DNA of 64,000 nucleotides from Octopus sinensis. Its lineage: Eukaryota. The notes under the pieces are model-generated. The model saw only the letters and a program-made list of their open reading frames with translations. It ran no database searches and was not told the DNA's origin. Shown piece by piece: positions 1 to 10,559 of this stretch (within the stretch, counting starts at the first letter, position 1; each line of letters starts with the position of its first letter). A program made the translations under genes and the position numbers. The stretch covers positions 44,702,001 through 44,766,000 of the forward strand of contig NC_043007.1 of the NCBI RefSeq assembly GCF_006345805.1, given 5' to 3'.

Positions 1-1030
1 ACTTCTTATGCATACAATTTGGGGAGTGTTCTGAGATTTTGTTAAGGAGAGGGCCTTTGGCGAACAAGATCTCTAGCCTCTCCGATATGCAGAGGTCACA
101 GCAGGTATGGCCTCCTGTGTACGAGCGCGCCTTCTGTAGTAGTTTCCACTTGGTCTTGAAGGGGATGGAGTTCCTTTTAAGGTACCAGATGTGGGCGGCG
201 AGGGTAGTTTGGTTGGATTTATCCTGTCGCCGAACGAGTGTGTGTGTGCGTACCAACGGGTCTTAAAGCTGTTTGACGTCATTCCTATGTAGGATTTTCT
301 TTTATCGTCAGGGCCTGATCTTACCTCGCAGGTATATACTAGGTCCCTCTGTAGGCAGTTGTTGTTGAGGGGGCGGGTGGTTTTATCAGGGCAGTTGCAA
401 TTGCTATCGGACGTTGGATGGGCCTCGGAAAAAGTAGATATGTTAAGTTTTTTCACATTGTTGTTGGCTAGGTTCCTGGCTAGATTGGGCGTGGTAGAGT
501 AGGAGAGTCTAATAGTGTTCTTATTTAGGATAGTGTGTACTTATGTTGGGTGGGGAAGTGCTTCTGTAGGAGAGTGAAGAAGATTTTTGCTACAGGTGTA
601 GCGACCTCACGGTTGAAGGGGGGGGGGTTGTACCAGCTAATGTGTCTTCGTCTATTTTTCCTGGGTTGGCGTGGGGCTATACTAGTATAGGTAATCTTAT
701 CTTTGAAGCCACTGAGGGCCAGGGCCTCGTTGTAATAGGGGGCTGCGGCCTTAAAAATATCTTCCGTGGCGGACAGGCTAGAAATTCTAATTGAGACACT
801 TTTTACTAGGTTATCTAATATATTTTTTGGGGTGGTTGGAATTAATATCTATATATTTAAGGGATTCATTCGGTTTGTGGTACGGGTAATAAAGTGAGGT
901 TTTTAAGTCGAGGGTGACATCAAGGAAGTTAGCTTTAGTTAAATTGGATTCTAAGGTAATCCTAAGGCCTAAGTTTTTAAAGAAGGTGTAAAGGTTCTTC
1001 CGGAACCCATCCGTGGTCCTGGGGTTTATT
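1..1030 (-). mobile_element. Penelope-like retroelement, 5'-truncated and frameshifted: RT C-terminal part plus GIY-YIG endonuclease
   Basis: Minus-strand translation gives ...GLRITLESNLTKANFLDVTLDL (RT). ORF 73..456 gives CNCPDKTTRPLNNNCLQRDLVYTCEV...SYIGMTSNSFKTRWYAH (GIY-YIG). Confidence 0.85.
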
Positions 1031-1055
1031 TATGCCAATACAATTCTTGTTAACT

Positions 1056-1106
1056 AGCTTCCTGAAGATTTCTCTTGAATGAAACAGTTCTAGTCCTGTA
1101 GAAGCT
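1056..1106 (+). ncRNA. Type I hammerhead ribozyme-like motif in an inverted pseudo-LTR of the Penelope-like element
   Basis: Stem I AGCTTC/GAAGCT; core CTGAAGA (1062-1068); stem II TTC-tctt-GAA; GAAA (1081-1084); stem III CAG/CTG; cleavage triplet GTA (1098-1100). Confidence 0.7.
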
Positions 1107-1157
1107 CCTTCTATATAATAAATTAATATATATATATATATATATATAATATATATA

Positions 1158-1188
<31 letters not shown>

Positions 1189-1194
1189 GATATA

Positions 1195-1226
<32 letters not shown>

Positions 1227-1256
1227 TATATACATACACACACACACACACACACA

Positions 1257-1310
<54 letters not shown>

Positions 1311-1319
1311 CACATATGT

Positions 1320-2145
1320 GGAAATTCTGTCCGTGAGTTTGTCTGTGGAGTTGTAAGTTAACTCCTCCAACATCGTTTTATCGATTTTGATGAACTTGAC
1401 ACGTGAGTCGAACTCATGTCTGGAAACCTCATAGTATACTCAGATTGTCGAAAAAAATCGATAATAATACCCCTGGAGGGGATCCTTATATATATCTAAT
1501 ATATCTCATTTTAACAGCTAAAGGAAATAATCCATTCCTTTTCCTAAATCATTTGGTATAAATCAACTTGAGTATGCTTATTTCTTAGTATTTGGACAGT
1601 TAGAGTACTACCCTTAAAAAAGTAAATAGTATTTCCCTAAACAATAGATCCTCTTATTTCGGTTAGTGACTTATTCACGAATATACCAACACTAGCGCCA
1701 CTGAGGGTAATATTCTCTGTGAATGCACAAAAGCCCTTTTCAGAGTTATTTACTTTGAATTGCTATTGTCTCATATCTGATTGGCTTATGCTTCACGATT
1801 TTAGTATACATACCATATTAGTATTTCCTCCTAAGTTATATTATACTCTGGGAATGCATTAAAGTCCTTTTCAGGGCTACTTTATTTGAATTCTTACTAT
1901 CGGGTAACTAATTTCATGTTATTACATAACTGATTTCACAATTCGGGTATTCATAACTTATTGGGAATTCCTAAAAACAAGATCCTGCGCTAGACAGTTC
2001 AGTATTCTCTGTAAATGCAAAAAAATAAAAAAACATTTTAAGTGGTACATACTTTGTATTGTTATTGGATTAGCGAAACGGTTATGAGAACGGAACCAAG
2101 AGATAAGCCCTGCTTTCCCGGGAATTACCGGGTACGTCAGCTAGT
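1320..2145 (+). mobile_element. Non-autonomous Helitron/Helentron-like element(s)
   Basis: 3' GC hairpin CCCGG-gaatta-CCGGG (2117-2132) followed by CTAG|T (2141-2145). The head resembles DINE/HINE-type sequence (ctgtccgtgagtttgtctgt...cgattttgatgaac). 5' boundary uncertain. Confidence 0.5.
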
Positions 2146-2160
2146 ATATACATACATAAT

Positions 2161-2191
<31 letters not shown>

Positions 2192-2296
2192 CACACACAC
2201 ATATATATGTACATATATATACATACACACATATATATATACATACATACACACACACACACATATATATAGATAGATATAGATATAGATATATAT

Positions 2297-2327
<31 letters not shown>

Positions 2328-2412
2328 CATACATACATACATACATACATACATACATACATACATACATACATACATACATACAATACATACATACATA
2401 CATGCATGCATG

Positions 2413-2458
<46 letters not shown>
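2146..2458. repeat. Compound (CA)/(TA)/(TACA)n microsatellite
   Basis: Direct inspection. Confidence 0.95.
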
Positions 2459-2459
<1 letters not shown>

Positions 2460-2460
<1 letters not shown>

Positions 2461-3085
2461 GCTTAGATATGTTTCGACCAAAGATTGGTCTAGTGCATGT
2501 CTAACTTAATAGCACCACCTGATAAGATTATCTAAATCCTTTTTAAGTCAAGTTTTGTTTATGGTCCATTCAAGTAGTGAGTTCTTGTTGAGTGATTTGT
2601 ATCCAGGTATGGGTGGCTTATCTGGTATTCCTTGAAGAAATCTGTCCAGACTCCGTTTAAAGGTGATGGGATCCTTTTCCCCTTTAATCAGTTTTGGGAC
2701 AATGTTAAACAGGGTAGGGCCTGTTGAGGAAAAGAAATTACGTCGCAGTGTACCTATATATTGTGATCCTGAATTGTGCAGGGGACGTATGGCCCGTGGT
2801 CCCAGCCTTGGATGAACCTTGAAACTAATGTTCAGGTCGTTTGGGCAATGCTGACGGTATATTCTCCACATCGTACAAATGATGTACCGCTCGTGGCGGC
2901 ACTGGAGCGAATAGAGTTTCAAGGCGGTCCCAGTAATCGAGATCAGTCATGCCTTCAATTCGTTTAGGGAGTGCCCTCTGGGGTGATTCAATCCTCGAGA
3001 TGGTTTTTGTTTTGTATGGTGAGACCACAAGGGGCAGCAGTATTCGAGATGTAGCCGTACAAAAGAGGAGAAAAGAGTACATATT
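2460..3085 (-). mobile_element. CR1/L2-like LINE, 3' fragment
   Basis: ORFs 2825..3082 and 2548..2922 give LLPLVVSPYKTKTISRIESPQRAL...DYWDRL and LYSLQCRHERYII...GPTLFNIVPK...FKRSLDRFLQGIPDKP. Tail carries GGTGGTGC...GAAAC. Confidence 0.8.
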
Positions 3086-3087
3086 AA

Positions 3088-3123
<36 letters not shown>

Positions 3124-3328
3124 ATGTACATAATACATACATACATGCATACAATCATAACATACATACATACAATACATCATAGCATACATATATTATA
3201 TATAATATATATATATATTATATATATATATATATACTATATATATATATATGTAATATATAATATGTATATATATGTTGTATGTATGTATATATATATA
3301 ATATACACACACACACACACGAATGGTT

Positions 3329-3832
3329 GGATCTTTACCTTTTGACCTACAGATTTAAAAAACAATTTTTTGTAACTAAACACTTTCAAACTTCGGACAC
3401 TGGTAGAATGTGTCATATAAAACATCTTTTACTCTTAACATGTTTGAGAAAAACTTATATTTACGAAGTAATTTCAGTTAAAGTAGTCCTATTTCGTTAA
3501 TTTCAACCAATCAATGACGTGTATTCAGCTAAATAAAATTACTGCCGTTGTTTGTCAACAACAACTATCGGCAGTGTATTTTTCGTTTGTCACCTTTATT
3601 TATGACAACCCTAACCCTAAAACTCTAACCTTAACCCAAGACCTTAACCCTAACCCTAACACTAAAACCCTAACCCTAAAACCTTATATTTACTTCGTAA
3701 ATATAAGTTTTTCTCAAAAGTGCTAAGAGTAAAAAATGTTTTATATGACCCATTCTACCAGTGTCTAAAGTTTGAAAGTGTTCAGTTACAAAAAATTATT
3801 TTTTAAGTCTGTAGGTCAAAAGGTAAAGATCC
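3329..3832. mobile_element. MITE with ~143-bp TIRs, GG...CC termini and 8-bp TSD (Merlin-like), enclosing degenerate (CCCTAA)n
   Basis: GGATCTTTACCTTTTGACCTACAGA (3329) pairs with TCTGTAGGTCAAAAGGTAAAGATCC (ends 3832). Flanks are GAATGGTT and GAATGGCT. Telomere-like units lie at 3608-3682. Confidence 0.85.
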
Positions 3833-5774
3833 GAATGGCTTTGTTAAGTGGTGTCGAGTTTTACAATTCTGTAAATAATAATAAGGGTGTTTTTATAAGC
3901 TTAAAGCTTATAGCGATCACCGTGCAAATGTGTGTACACACAAACACACACACAATCAATTATCTAAGTGCCTTTTAGTGCACAAGATCAAAAGAAATTG
4001 CTATTGCTAGTCAACTGTCACTATGTGGCGTTGACTTGTTCTGTACCGTGACCACCACCGTCACCACCGTTGTAGATGCCAACGAAGGTACCTTTACGTC
4101 ATCATTCAGCCTGCTAGAAATCTATTTTTCAGTTGTCGTAGTAGTAATTGCGGATCTTAAATTGTGTTCATATACTATATTTATACTATATTAGACCTAA
4201 TGACAAAGCAACAAGGTTAAGGGCGGAAAGAAGAGAGAGAGAGAGGTAAAAGAAAAGACGCAGTGAGGGAGAGTAATAAAAAGTAACGGGGAGAGGAAAA
4301 AAGAGAGCATGAAGAAAAGAGGAGAGAGAGAGAGAGAGAAAGAAGAAGTTTTATTCCGTCAGTTTAATACGATATACATTTGTTTTTTTTTTACGTCTTT
4401 CCCACTCCTCTCAAAATATTTCTCTTTACGTATCAACAAAATTTGTTTATCAGTGAAAGGAGGACATTTTCTTTAGCTCTCCACCAATTAACTTAGCAGA
4501 CCGTCAGGTAGGTTAATTATTAATTACAATTAATTAACGGATGAACAACTAAAGTAAAACCGCTAACTTCAAGAAGTTCATTTATTTTATTTGACTTTTC
4601 ATTATTCTTCACTATCTATTTACTGTTCTTGCTCAATCCTAAAGACCCTCTCTAATTGAGCCTAACTGTATTGACTAACGGTTGGCAAAGTGGTTTATAT
4701 TGATCCTTGAGGCTTGCCTAACTGTCGAAGGGGGTCCATAAACACTTGAAACAATTTTGAGCATTAAAGGTGCTCAATTATTATTGAATTGAATTTGGAG
4801 GAACGCGGTAATTTAAGGCTAAAACTCATTAATTTCCAGCCAAATATCGATGTAGTAATTAGTTTCGTTAAATACATATTACACATGAAATATTTCGAAT
4901 ATACTGTATTTAAGCAATATAAATGAATTTTGATTATTCTTTATCAGTTTCCTTAAGTGTGTTCATTAAATGTCTTTATGTGGGGACGAGCCGACACTTT
5001 AAATATTTCTTATTAAAACACAGGGATAACACAAAAGAACGAAGGAATTACCATTTTTAAACCAAGAATTTCTTTCTCTTAATTATACGTTTTAATTTTA
5101 TTTTAGAAATTTACATGAAAGGGATCAATAAGTTATCAACGATTCACTGAATGGGTCAATGTTATAAGAAGTTTGTCGACAACACACACACACACGTAGT
5201 TAGAAAAAAGATAGATATAAACAGCAACGTTGTCTGTGTCCTTTTTAAGTGTGATAAATGCCAGTCAGTAAGGGGGTGCAGTGAACGGCACTGCCCTTCT
5301 CCTCACTATTCAATGGTGTACCCTCAGATTTAAAAAATACAGTTTACAAAAATCCTCCCGCAATATAAATTAGTGCCCACCCAAAATATTCTGAAGCACC
5401 CCCTGGCATCAACGGGCCTGATGTGAAACGAGTGAGATTTTACTATTATTCCTAGCAAATTGAGCAACTACGTTAGATGTTCCGGTGTAAAAGGGTTAGG
5501 GTTTTCGTTACGCCGAAAACGGGTGGTGTACGTATTCTTTACCCCCGCCGATGTTCCTACTTTTGTTGTCGTTTGCTTTTGATTTCAGTTCTTAAGAAAA
5601 CTTACCACCACCATCGCCTACCGCTAAAGATCCTGCAGGATCTTAAGCTGTTTGGTATAGACATCTTGACACCTCTCACTTACTTGCAGGTTTTCCATAT
5701 TTTAGATCTGTTTTGAGGTCGATAAATCAATTAAGTAAATACTATTGACTTTTTTTTTTTTACATTGTTTATAC

Positions 5775-6063
5775 CAGTGGTACTCGACCAGGGTTCATAT
5801 GACCCTTGAGGCTCCATATAAGATTTTTTGGGGGTGTCCTCACAAGCGAAATAGTGATTTCGAGACTCACAGTTGTTATATTAAGGGTCAATGAAAAAGT
5901 TTTGCTTCAGATGTATTTATTGTAAGAAACTAGTGAATGTATAACGAACAGAGTAGGAATCTTGAAAGAAGTATCTATAAAAGTTGTTTTTAAATATCGA
6001 ATAACTATGCGGGTTAACCAGAGTAAGGGGTCTATAATTAAAAAAAATGATTGAGAATCACTG
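5775..6063. mobile_element. hAT-type MITE
   Basis: Termini CAGTGGTACTCGACC ... GATTGAGAATCACTG resemble the CAGTGGTTCTCAACC hAT TIR. TSD is degenerate. Confidence 0.6.
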
Positions 6064-6405
6064 GTTCAAGTAATCTATATTCCTTACACGAAAGCTCGGA
6101 CGAGATGAATCAAATTAATTACCAGGAGTATTGTTACATCAGAGGATCTGCGGGAGAATCGGGACATTCTTTCTGTTTATTAACACAAGTTTAGATTTAA
6201 CATAAGAAATGCCATGACGACATCAATATTTTAAGAAAAAAGGAAAAAACATAAAACTTAAATATTGATAAAGTTGTTTCTTTTCTTTTGTTCCGAATCG
6301 GAATTTCCATATTTTTAGAAGTGGAATTTCTCAAAAGTTTTTGTGAAAAAAAAAAAAGAAAAAAAAATTGGGAGAGGGAAAGGAAAATTAAAATATACGA
6401 AAGCA

Positions 6406-6757
6406 ACTCTTTTACTGTGGCCATGCTGGAGCACCACCCTTTAGTCGAGCACTTATTCTTTGTAAGCCTAGTACTTATTCTATCGGTCTCTTTCGCCGAG
6501 CCGCTAGTTACGGGGACGTTAATACACCAGCATCGGTTGTCAAGCAATGGTGGGGGACAAACACAGACACACACGCACACACACATATATACATATATAT
6601 ATACAACGGGCTTCTTAAAGTTTCCGTCTACCAAATCCACTCACAAGGCTTTGGTCGGCCCGAGGCTATAGTAGAAGACACTTGCCCAAGGTGCCACGCA
6701 GTGGGACTGAACCCGGAACCATGTGGTTGGTAAGCAAGCTACTTACCACACAGCCAC
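6406..6757 (-). mobile_element. tRNA-derived SINE, family A (most abundant here), near full length, CpGs retained
   Basis: Head GGCTGTGTGGTAAGTAGCTTGCT...GGTTCCGGGTTCAGTCCC, body CCTTGGGCAAGTGTCTTCTACTATAG, internal (TA/TG)n, tail GGTGCTCCAGCATGGCC. Confidence 0.85.
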
Positions 6758-6859
6758 TCGTGCACCTATAAAATGATTGTTGAACTTTATTGGGTTCTCA
6801 TCAGAGGCATCTACATCATTCTGACAGTCTACATCTTTATTTCTTCTTTATTTTATGTA

Positions 6860-7195
6860 TCTTTTATCTTTTACTTGTTTCACTCATTAGATTGCGGCCA
6901 TGCTGGACCACCGCCTTGAAGAATTCTAGTTGAACTTATTGACCCCAGTCCTTGTAATTTTGTTTGTAAAACCTGGAGCCTCATTTTATCAGTCTCTTTT
7001 GCTGAACTGCTAAATTGCGGGGATGTAAACACTCCAACACTGGTGGTTAAACTGGAAGATAAACACACACCCACATGATGGGCTTCTTACAGTTTCTGTC
7101 TATCAAATACACTCACAAGGCTTTGTTCAACCTGAGGCCATAGTAGAAGACACTTGCCTATGTAGTTCAGAAGCAAAATTTTTTTCGACACAGTT
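6860..7195 (-). mobile_element. SINE family A, older copy
   Basis: Same body and tail as 6406-6757, with CpG decay. Confidence 0.8.
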
Positions 7196-8299
7196 GCACC
7201 TATTTATTATTATTATTATTATTATTATTGTGAATCACTATATAAACCTTAATTTATTGAAAACATTTGATCAAAAGAAGTTGTTGCCAGAAAGAAAAAA
7301 AACAAACAAAATGTGTTATTTGACATGTCTACCTAGACATGGTGGAATAGGGTCAATATTTCCTCTTTCATAAACCCATAGAATGCTATCAAATTAACTC
7401 TTTTCGATACCCTTCTGCCTGAGACCACATCTGAATCTATGATACACACTTCCTGTTTTTCACTGAATTCAAGTGGAACTTTCCATCAAACTTTCATGCT
7501 CATTTTATAGGAAACAGTAATTTCATAACTAAGAACAACAATGATAACAGTAACAACAATATAAAGGGCACGGATACAAACGATGTAGTAGGCAAGCCCA
7601 TTTACACACATGTAAGCACACATGTGAAACACATACACGCACATGTGTGCATGTGCATACACACACGCACACACAATAATGCATGTACAGATAAGGATAC
7701 ACTTCATAGAAGGACAGAATGGACTAAGAAGAGCTGGAGGATACACGTGGATGGAGAGGGTCACTGATGAGGTCACAGATGTGTGATGAAAGATTTCCAG
7801 ACAATGGACATGATAAAATAAGGACAGTAATAAATGTGTGAAGAATGAATATATAGTATGTGTGTTTATTTGGCAAGTAAAAAAAAGAAAATTGACCATT
7901 CTGAAATATGAAAATATCTGTTTCAGCACACAATTTCACATCTGGATTCTTGCAACTCAAATTCATTAGCATAACTAACTTCATAATAACAAATATATTT
8001 AAACTGTTTATTAGTTTTAAAACTAACTGAAACAAAAGCAGTGTACTCCAACAGAAATATGGTGATGAAAAAGTTAAGTGGATACTAATTATTACTTTTG
8101 TTTATGCCCATTGTCTATACAAAAAACCTTGGATAAGATGAAGAAAATTACCAGAAATATTGTTACACTCAGTCTGGTCAAGGAGGAACAAAAATGACTT
8201 CCATACTGTATTTTAATGCCTTAGACTCACTCAGTAACTCTGAGTGAGCCACTGTGATAGTGTTGATGTTTCACCACTATCATGACAACCGTTATTTCT

Positions 8300-8700
8300 T
8301 CTTTAAGTATAAATTTGAAAGCTGAATCAAAAGAGAAGAGTTACAACTAGATGAAATCTCAAAGTGGTTTAAATGCACAAGTCTCCAATATCCAAGTGGC
8401 TAAAAAGTTTCATTGGAAGAGCACCAAGAAGTCATGACCTGGATTTGGCCTGGCCCCCTTATAGTGTAGAATTGCATGAGGAGGTTTTCTTCCCTGAAGA
8501 CCTTCTGCTGTTCAGCTCTCCTGAGAGTCTCTTACCACTGTAGAGCTACTGGCTAGATGATACAAAAAACTTGAGACTCACTCATCTTTTCCCCCTCAAC
8601 TGACAAACTCAGAGTTTAGTGACATTAATTTACAAGAGACATTTGATGATGACAGTCTTTATGCATTCTAAATTGACTGTAAAAGTTCATGTTAATGAAG
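8300..8700 (+). pseudogene. Possible decayed MULE (Mutator-like) transposase fragment
   Basis: Frameshifted pieces SPISKWLKSFIG and EFSDINLQETFDDDSL resemble the MULE C-terminal xKWLKxFFGL...FxDY...YIDxDS pattern. Weak. Confidence 0.3.
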
Positions 8701-9007
8701 TAACCACATGGCTAAGCCCAGGTACATTACTGATTTGTAGCTTACAGCCATCATATGAGTATTTCCCTTTCTATCTAAATGCCATTGGTTAGGAAGCCAG
8801 AAATCCTCTAACTTTAATTCAGGGAAATAAAAACCGAGTCCATTCCCTTACTATAACCCTGTTTGGTGGGAGAACAAAAAAAAAAATCTTTAGCTGATTT
8901 CTAATTTAAAAGCATATAAGCAGAAATTATGAAGGAAGAGAAAGATATGTTGGATCAAATTTCTTTTCTCTCTCATTAATGAAAGTTATTGTGCTACTAC
9001 GTAATCA

Positions 9008-9050
<43 letters not shown>

Positions 9051-9072
9051 ACATATACATACACATGTATAT

Positions 9073-9631
9073 AGATATTATAATGATAAATTAATATTAT
9101 GATGTATTAAATACATTATAATATAGGTGACTAAAGCAATTAAAAAACAAAACAGTAGAATACATAATTAAGGGTGCAAAATAGCACCTACAATTGCTAG
9201 AAGTAAGAGCTAAAAAATATAACTCGAATAGCCACACAAAAATCACCATAACTCGAATAGCCACACAAAAATCACACAAAAATCACAAAAATCTGTGAGC
9301 GGCAAACCACAATATCGTTCTCCAGTGAGATAAAACTTGCTGAATGAAATAATTTTATAAGACCCTGTCATATGATTTCGAAATTTAACTAGTTAGGTTT
9401 CGTTTCTCTTCAGAGGAATCCACTAGTTATTCTGGGTTAAAGAGATAGCTTGCCTCCCATTAGCCCATGAGGGAAAATAACTGTTGAACAGCAAGTGCCA
9501 AAATTCAATGTGGTTTGAGCGTATATAAACATATAATAAGATATAATGATAAATTAATATTATGATATATTAGATATGTTATAATATAGGTGACTAAAGC
9601 ATTTAAAAACCGGAAAGGTAGAATACATAAT
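9073..9631 (-). repeat. Direct-repeat-bounded element (~95-bp repeats about 465 bp apart) containing a degenerate hammerhead motif
   Basis: 9073-9168 matches 9539-9631. The minus strand at 9374-9420 reads gattcct-CTGAAGA-GAAAC-GAAA-cc-TAACTAGTTA. Confidence 0.5.
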
Positions 9632-9649
9632 CACAATATATATATATGA

Positions 9650-10037
9650 TACCTGTGCCGGTGACACATAAAAAGCACCATCCGAACGTGGCCGTTGCCA
9701 GTGCAGCCTCCACTGGCTTCTGTGCCGGTGGCACATAAAAAGCACCATCCGAACGTGACCGATGCCAACCCTGCCTCAAATGGCTTCTGTGCCGGTGGCA
9801 CATAAAAAGCACCAACCGATTGTGGCCGATGCCAGACCCCTCTGGCTCCTGTGCAGGTGGCACGTAAAAAGCACCCACTACACTCGCGGAGTGGTTGGCG
9901 TTAGGAAGGGCATCCAGCTGTAGAAACACTGCCAGATCAGACTGGAGCCTGGGGCAGCCACTGGCTCCCCAGACCCCGGTCGAACCGTCCAACCCGTGCT
10001 AGCGCGGAAAACGGACGTTAAACGATGATGATGATGA
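9650..10037 (+). mobile_element. RTE LINE 3' UTR fragment with tandem ~62-67-bp modules and (GAT)n tail
   Basis: Matches the 3' end of the RTE at 28170-30510: GGAAGGGCATCCAGCTGTAGAAAC...GGACGTTAAACGATGATG. Confidence 0.85.
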
Positions 10038-10059
10038 TATATATACACACACATACATA

Positions 10060-10470
10060 CAAGGGGTGTTCATTAATGATTTCCCCTGACCCACCTCGGT
10101 TATTGCAGGAAATGGAACTTGTACAGATATAATCATACATGTCTCTACATGTCATATTGTAAATTGTAGCTTTCGACTAGTATTCATTTGTCTTTTACAG
10201 CAGCTGAAGTGGACTAAGGTGTTATAATGGAAGCAGTTGAATGCAGATCAGTGATCAGGTTCTTATACTCAAAAGGTCATACAGCAAAAGAGACTTTCAA
10301 TGAGATGAAAGAAGTTTATGGTGATGATGTACCATCATATGATGTAATCAAGAACTGGCATTGCCAGTTCAAATGTGGTTGGACATTGGAGGAAACTGCT
10401 CCTATTCTTGGATGACCACATTCCACCATTGATGATGACAGCATCCATAAAGTGGAAGCTGCCATATTCA
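10060..10470 (+). mobile_element. mariner transposon, 5' fragment (TIR plus HTH)
   Basis: TA-CAAGGGGTG terminus. ORF 10227..10415 MEAVECRSVIRFLYSKGHTAKETFNEMKEVYGDDVPSYDVIKNWHCQFKCG is a mariner N-terminus. Confidence 0.8.
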
Positions 10471-10559
10471 GTAATTAGCCCAAGTATGTGACACACTAAT
10501 TGAACATATAAAGTAACTCTAAGTAGTTATATGTACTACATAACACCCTCCAGATGCTC

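Noticed and set aside
3608-3682. True telomere or chromosome-fusion scar
   Set aside because: Short, degenerate and enclosed within the TIRs of a MITE.
7510-7770. Asn-rich open frame after a good acceptor (NSNFITKNNNDNSNNN...)
   Set aside because: It runs through low-complexity AAC and CA/TG repeats and could not be linked to other exons.
7762-7805. Hammerhead-like CTGATGAG-GTCACA/TGTGAT-GAAA
   Set aside because: Stem II is plausible, but there is no stem III/UH or stem I partner. Similar incomplete cores near 6780-6810 (-), 50297 (+) and 56740-56760 (-) were also not called.
9653-9880. CRISPR array
   Set aside because: Eukaryotic context, no cas genes, very short mutually related spacers, and the array is part of the RTE 3' UTR.
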